Part shown: piece after piece, positions 13,040 to 64,000 of the stretch | Layout: each line of letters opens with the position of its first letter | Position numbering within the stretch: the first letter of the stretch is position 1 | Assembly (NCBI GenBank): GCA_964016885.1 | Contig: OZ024741.1 | Location: 162,068,001-162,132,000, forward strand | Origin: Eledone cirrhosa | Lineage: Eukaryota | Length of the DNA: 64,000 nt | Reading direction: 5' to 3' | Notes under the pieces: model-generated | Seen by the model: the letters and a program-made list of their open reading frames with translations, nothing else | Database searches by the model: none | Told to the model about the DNA's origin: nothing | Translations under genes and position numbers: made by a program

Positions 13040-14007
13040 ATTCTAACCACATACCTATAGTATCAGAGCTGTGATTTCTCAATTCAGAGAAATAACGACT
13101 CTACCTGGAGTGACTCACTGATCTCCGAGCCACGCACTCTAACGTTACTCCAAAAACCCTTCAGAAGAACCCCATTTCAGCTGATCGTATTCGCGATCGT
13201 ATTCTTTCGGTCATTATCCAAGATTCATGACCAAGGGTTGGCACGAATACTGAATTGAAGATAGTGAGTTTGGCTTTTACACCAACCTCCCTTCTTCTGA
13301 TTACCTAATGCTGAAGCTGGCGTATTACTACACCATCTCCCGCAATTCTTGCATTTAATTCAGCCTCCTGCCTTCCATCACTCATGAGCATGGCCCCGAG
13401 ATAGTTGAGCTGCTCTACCTACTTCAGTGGAACTCCATTCTTTTGTAGAGGGCGCTGCATAGGCTTCCTTGAAAGGATGAGTGTCTCAGTTTTCACAGCA
13501 CTGATTTTCATTGCGGCCATGCAGCACTCGATATCAAACCTAGGAAGTGCAAGTCGAAAATCACCTTCTGTTGAGTTAAGTAATACTATGTCGTCTGCAA
13601 ATTCCAGCAGACTGATTCTACACTTACCAGTTGGGATACCTCTTCTAACTCGACTGTGCATGTCAATCCTATTCATGAAAATATTGAACAGGAGAGGTGA
13701 CAGTACGCACACTTGGCGAAGTCCGACTCCCACATTGAACGGTTTCAATTTAGCACCATTTATCCGAATACAAATACTCGAACATTCGTATAGAGGACAA
13801 CAAGAAGCTGACGATCAATCCCATACTCCTGCCATTGCTTAGGTGCCTTTCCAGAGATTCAAGCCACCCGTCACACACGTGTTAGCCAGGAAATACCTTC
13901 TCTATTTAAGGCTTTTAACATCTCAGACCAGATTTCGTCTTCTTCAGCAGTCTTATCACATTTGAACTCTTTAACTGCTCTTGTTACCTTAGCCTCCGAG
14001 AAATTAG

Positions 14008-14010
<3 letters not shown>
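13040..14010 (-). mobile_element. Decayed RTE LINE RT fragment; relatives at 48690..48870(-) and 56620..57420(+, (GAA)n tail)
   Basis: VGLRQVCVLSPLLFNIFM, LEFADDIVL. Confidence 0.88.
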
Positions 14011-14070
<60 letters not shown>

Positions 14071-14218
14071 TATATATATATATATATATATGAATGTATA
14101 TATAGCGTATTTTGTAATACACTGTATGCTTAATTAAAAGCATTTTAAAGTCCTTACGCCATTGTTTTAAAGTAGTGACTATGTCACTTACTTCTTTTTT
14201 TCAGCAAACAAAGGGAGA

Positions 14219-14266
14219 TAAGCTGACAGATCTCTGTTTCGCACTGTTGGTACTCCTTAGAGCTTA
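14219..14266 (-). ncRNA. Type-I hammerhead, one core substitution (CUAAGGA), inside a ~310-bp element 14095..14405
   Basis: RC taagct CTAAGGA gtac caaca gtgc GAAA caga ga tctg TC agctta. Confidence 0.65.
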
Positions 14267-14472
14267 ACACTCTCCTTGCCTGCTGAAAATTATGAATGTT
14301 GGATTCTTATAGAATTCCAGTAAAATCAGGAACTGATTATACAGAGCGGTTGCCGGTCCAGCAAAAATTGAAAATTAGAATTGGTGCTCTGAAATAGCGA
14401 TAAATATGTGAATGTATATATATATGTATATATAAATATGTATATATATGTGTGTGTGTATGTGTGTGTATG

Positions 14473-14517
<45 letters not shown>

Positions 14518-14531
14518 ATATGTATATGTGT

Positions 14532-15137
14532 GTCAGGTCACCAGTTGGTGCTACTGGTAACATGTATCCCAGTACAACCTGTCTCATGGTCGGGTCGTTG
14601 GCGACTAAACTGGCAACCCCACCAAGGTTTCTTGGTGAGGAGGGTGACTTTGGACATCCTGCAGGACTAAAAACAAAACCCGTCAAAGGGCAAAGGAGCT
14701 CTTAAGAGTCAATGGCCATCCAAAATCACCGGGAGAGATGACCCCTTAGCCTTTGTCAAGGCAGAATTCTAGGAGAAGGAAAACTCTGATGTAACACCTG
14801 CAACCCTGATTGTATCCAATGATGTTGACCTGTTCTTCTTTTTGGTAAATATCATCTTGGTTAAGAGAGTGGGACTGGCTTTGTGCAGTGCCTTTGCTCA
14901 CTATAAAAGCTTCACGGCACAGGCATTGCTTTATATCTGGAGATCTCTCTGCACTTGTCGTCACATGGTACCATGGGCCCAGCACTATGTATCAATAATT
15001 GTCACAAGTGTAGTGTTTGTACCAGAGTTTTCAAGTCGCTGGCTGGACTAAAAAGTCACACTTGTTCAACGCATCGGTAGGGGTTCTCCTACATGGATAT
15101 AAAGTAGTGGCCGTACTCGAAAACGAGTTGGCAGCCA

Positions 15138-15139
<2 letters not shown>
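14532..15139 (+). mobile_element. Full copy of repeat family A
   Basis: near-identical to 845..1453, flanked by microsatellites. Confidence 0.85.
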
Positions 15140-15179
<40 letters not shown>

Positions 15180-15193
15180 GTATATACATACAT

Positions 15194-15266
<73 letters not shown>

Positions 15267-15544
15267 TATGTATATACATACATAAACACACACACACATA
15301 TATATATATATACACATATATATATATATACACATATATATTGAATTAGAAGATTTCGTCTTAAAATAGTCTAATAATAACAGGGCGTATAAAGCCACTG
15401 AACGGAAAAGAACTGGCATCAACGCACATATGAGCTGAAGCCCATCTTTTCCCGTTCAGTGACTTTATACGCCCCGTTATTTTGTTTAGTCAAAGTTACA
15501 GCGAAATCTTCAAATTCAATTTTCAAATTTCTCTCACAGTTCTC

Positions 15545-15663
<119 letters not shown>

Positions 15664-15941
15664 AATAAAATGTGAAGTAGTTTCAGATGTTAAAGTCCTT
15701 TATTGATAATGCTGTGATACATATTTCAGTGCCATGACATCATCGGACAGTTCTTATATAATAATGTTACATTCCCGAGGCAATCCAAACTAACAACCTG
15801 GGAATAGACAAGGCGCGTATTCTTGAATCCCCCGCCTGTTCCCTTGTGAGCCCCAATTCACCTCCACAGGTTTGCCTATATATATATATAAAATAAAATA
15901 AAATAAATAAGTCAAATGTTTAAAATTTGGCTTCGTTTATT

Positions 15942-15996
15942 ACTGCTATATATATTTCGGTGACAGCCATCTTTGGCTGTGACCTCTTCAGGCAGT
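15942..15996 (-). ncRNA. Type-I hammerhead ribozyme (antisense partner of 16121..16175)
   Basis: exact reverse complement of the + copy. Confidence 0.75.
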
Positions 15997-16120
15997 CCGA
16001 ATTATATCATTCCAGTTCCCCAGTGAAATAACAACCCAACCAGGAACTGGGCGTATCAGAGTATTGACAAAGTTATACACCTCAACAACATGTGTACTCG
16101 TCTCTACCACACTAATTCGG

Positions 16121-16175
16121 ACTGCCTGAAGAGGTCACAGCCAAAGATGGCTGTCACCGAAATATATATAGCAGT
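16121..16175 (+). ncRNA. Type-I hammerhead ribozyme, intact core
   Basis: actgc CTGAAGA ggt-c-acagcca aaga tggctgt-c-acc GAAA tatata TA gcagt: 5-bp stem I, 10-bp stem II, palindromic short stem III. Confidence 0.78.
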
Positions 16176-16333
16176 AATAAACGAAGCCAAATTTTAAACA
16201 TTTGACTTATCTATTTTATTTTATTTTACATTACTCCGGAGTAACCAAACCAACCTGCGCACTTCGTCGGGTGCTCCAATCTGCATATTGAGGTGTTGGT
16301 ATACAACCAACATATACTCAAAATTTATATATG

Positions 16334-16470
<137 letters not shown>

Positions 16471-16672
16471 GATAACAAAATATCGTTATAGTTAATCCAG
16501 TTCGTATTATGGATAGTTTTAGCGTATGGCGTTGTTTGACTCAACAAGGGGTTTACGTAGGTGGCGAGTTTATGATTTCACTTGTATTCCTATGTAAGTT
16601 TATCTTGGAGTGATAAAATTGAAAAAGTGAAGAATAACATGGTCAACAGTACAAAAAAGGGATTTATTTACA

Positions 16673-16778
16673 GTCTAACAATTGTTTCACTGATTAAGTT
16701 GTCTAAAAATTGCTGAACACTAGAAGCAGTGCCACTCAATTTCAAATACGATATTAGCTTAATCAGATCATCAGAGAC
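16673..16778 (-). ncRNA. Type-I hammerhead with long stem-II loop; + strand partner at 17596..17697 has core CGGAUGA
   Basis: RC gtct CTGATGA t ctgattaag...cttaatcag t GAAA caattg TT agac. Confidence 0.68.
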
Positions 16779-17749
16779 AACTATCCGGCGACCAAATTTG
16801 AGAACTTTAGACCAGCTTAATTCATCTAATCTATTCCATAACCCAAATTGTACCACTTAGATCTATTATAATATCCCAGTATCATCATTATTATTATAAT
16901 TGTCATCATCTATCAATGAACCAACATCATAAACTCTTATATTTTACATTCATATTTTATATATCTCTATCTTTCACTTTCTATTTCTCTCCCTAAATTT
17001 ATTTCATCTCTGGCATTTTATCTTATTTCATCTTATCATATCATTTTCAATTCTAATATAACTTACAACTAATTAATCAAATAATTAATTAAATATATAA
17101 TTAATTTATTAAAATAACCAATACACACATAAATATATTTAACATTAATATGTTTATACCTTCGTATCTCTCTATATTTTAACCACTCTCAATAACCACT
17201 TTCAATAATGTTACTGTTTAAATTTCTTCGCGCATTTTTACTTATTTATTTTCATATTTTGTATTATTTTGTATCATCCTCGATGTAACTTGTTTATTTA
17301 TTTATTTACATTTATTCATATATTAACATTTATTCATTTATTGTTAATATCATTATTTTCCCTCTATTTTTCTTTTTCCCTCCCTTTATTTCTCCTTTCT
17401 CCTTTTCTCTCCTCCTTTCTCTGTCTTTTTTTCTCTCTATATCTTTCTCTGTTTTCCTTTCTCCTTTTTCTTTTTCTTTTTCTTTTTCTTTTTCCTATTT
17501 CTTTCTTTCTTTTATCTATCCCTCTTTCTTTTTTTTCTCTCTATCTTTATTAATAATATTATTAATGATGCTGTAATTTGAATTTGTAAATTTACCGGAT
17601 GATCTGATTAAGCTAATATCGTATTTGAAATTGAGTGGCACTGCTTCCAGTGTTCAGCAATTTTTAGACAACTTAATCAGTGAAACAATTGTCAGACTGT
17701 AAATAAATCCCTTTTTTGTACTGTTGACCATGCTATTCTTCACTCTTTC

Positions 17750-17787
<38 letters not shown>

Positions 17788-17972
17788 CGAAGGAAGAGTG
17801 GTAAGGAACCAGATGGACCACAACGCACCAGAGTACTCAATACTTAGGGTAGTAGAGTGGGTAATAGGAAAATGTTTGACCCCGACGGCAGAGCTCAAGC
17901 CGTTTCGACGTTTCTGGACGCAGAAATAGCCGTCGAAACGGCTTGAGCTCTGCCGTCGGGGTCAAACATTTT

Positions 17973-18083
<111 letters not shown>

Positions 18084-18280
18084 GAGAGGCAGAGATGCCA
18101 AACTAAAAAAACCCAAACGAGGAGTACCATGAAAAAAAAGTGCCCTAAAACGGGGAGAAATGAGGCAAAATGGGGAGATTTTACACAATGAAAGCTATAC
18201 CCATTTTCACAAGAGAAGACATCTCTCGCCCACCTCAAAATGGGTGGGAGATCTCCCCCGTCGGACGGGAGAGTTGACAG

Positions 18281-18338
<58 letters not shown>

Positions 18339-19158
18339 TTCAAGAGTAACCAATCTTAAGGAGAGAGATGGAGATAGTAGAGGAGATATGAGAGGAGAGA
18401 TTGGTGAATTAGTTAGAAGCCAAAGCGTAAAGGCATGTGATCAATGTGCAATATGCAGTAGAAAGCAGCTAGGTGGCTGGGTTCACGCAGAAGTTATATA
18501 TATATATATATACGTGTGTGTGTGTGTGTGTGTGTATGTGTGTATACATATACAGAGAGAGGGGGAGGGGAGGGGGGAGAAAGAGAATTCACATTTTTTT
18601 TATTTCATTTTATTTAACAGGTGTTTAAAGTCATTTAAAGTTTATTATTCATTTTTTTCGAGGCTGGGGTGGGAGTTGGGGTTCTTACACAACCCTCTAA
18701 TATTTGTTGAAATCTCTTCTATATAATCGCACCATGGCATGTACATAGGTAACTGAATCTTGTGTAAACCTGCAGATAGAAATATGTCACACTTTCTTAA
18801 ACAGTTCAGTATAATATGTTGTTAAAACCGATTTCAACAACAAAGACTTTTAATTGGAAATACTTTTTTTCTCTTCATATTATTCTTATGTTCAAGTTTC
18901 CTGTCAGCTAAGATAAATTAATACTTGAGCTGCAGTTTGGGGCATTGACAGCTAAGAACAAAGCACATGTAAAGCTATTTGAAGTGTGAAGGTCGGAAAC
19001 AGAACACTCACGCACACACACATACACGCACACATACACACACATACACACACATACACACACATACACATACACACACTCACATACACATATACACGCA
19101 CATACATACGCACACACACACACACACAATTTACGCAGAGAGAGAGAAAGAGAGAGGC

Positions 19159-19203
<45 letters not shown>

Positions 19204-19595
19204 CTAAGAGAGAGAGAATGTAAGAGATGGAGAGAAATAAATGAAGAAGTCAAATAGAATAGAATAATGTAAAAACAAATGGGTAACTATCACTATAAAT
19301 ATTATTGAAGGGGAACAATATTGAACATTTGAGATGAAAAATGAAGAAAGGTGGGATATCGTCTGTTTAAGCTATTGGCTTAAATGATTAAAGATACAAA
19401 AAATGTGTCTGGCGACTGAATAAACGAAACGAATTTTGTATAGAAATTTACAATACCGACGGAATATATAACACTTGGGACATATCTTTTCTTCAAAACT
19501 GGAAGCAGTCAGATTGGTGATCTTATAGCAAAATATTTTATATTTAATAATATTTAATACTAAAAAATTAATCAGAAGAGAGAAAACATTTTAAA

Positions 19596-63353
<43,758 letters not shown>

Positions 63354-63620
63354 CTGCCATTTGACTCATATATGAAGAGTAATTCTTCTACCTTGGCTTG
63401 TAACGATTAGTTAAAGAAAGGATTATCAAACATTATGGTCACAACGTCTGGTGATGAATAATTATATAATATAAGCTTTAATAATAATATTTTTCAAAAA
63501 TCCGAAAATAATAATTTCCACTACCCCTGTTAAGTATGCATAAAGTTTCTAAGTAAAGATTTGGTGAAGTATTCTGTATATAAAAAGAACATTTCAGGAA
63601 ATATTTAGTTATAACTTTAT

Positions 63621-63931
63621 GAAACAGGTGTTGAAAGATGTCTTATGTTTCCTGGGTTTAGAGTTCTGAAGCGACTGATGGTTGATGCAGTATATCCGTT
63701 GGTCTCTAACACCTTTAAGAAATATATAATATAGATGGCCTGGTCTTCCACCAGATACGTACAGATTGATCTCACAGGTATCCGGGAAAATGCTGCAAGG
63801 TGGAAGACCGGGTCATCTATATTAAACATTTCTTAAATATGCTAGACGTCAACGGATACCCAGCATCCACTGTCAGTCGTTTTCAGGGCTCTAAGCCCAG
63901 GAAACATAAGACGTCTTCCAACACCTGTTTC
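63621..63931. mobile_element. Head-to-head pair of Penelope-like RT C-terminal fragments forming a ~130-bp-arm hairpin
   Basis: arms 63621..63752 and 63799..63931; translations KVLETNGYT(-) and NMLDVNGYP(+) match the PLE NGYP motif. Confidence 0.65.
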
Positions 63932-64000
63932 CTGAAATCGTCACATCACCATCACATTCAGTTATAATTTCTATGCAACTTTATAGTGTCAAAAAATCCC

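Noticed and set aside
18730-19595. Promoter or 5' UTR exon of the SLC5 gene
   Set aside because: No diagnostic motif can be distinguished in AT-rich sequence without transcript data.

Overview
Eukaryotic, AT-rich, microsatellite- and retroposon-dense genomic DNA; the SINE families and repeat landscape suggest an octopus-like cephalopod (inference). It holds one complete 16-exon protein-coding gene on the + strand (19596..63353; 1866 nt spliced, 621 aa). All 15 introns are GT-AG with consistent phases, and the product is an SLC5/SSS sodium:solute symporter of the SMCT/NIS/SMVT (SLC5A8/12/5/6) subfamily. The rest is tRNA-derived SINEs, decayed LINEs (RTE, Tx1/L1, CR1, CRE, R4/NeSL-like), non-autonomous Helitrons, MITEs and a foldback-like inverted minisatellite. 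The most striking unexplained signal is about 20 type-I hammerhead ribozyme (HHR) motifs (roughly 10 with intact or compensated cores, the rest degenerate or half-motifs) from several unrelated sequence families. They sit next to (TA)n tracts, often as sense+antisense inverted pairs, and show compensatory base changes between copies. This fits Penelope-like pseudo-LTR / retrozyme elements; four intact sense-strand motifs lie inside introns of the transporter pre-mRNA. All structures and counts were read by eye, not computed.
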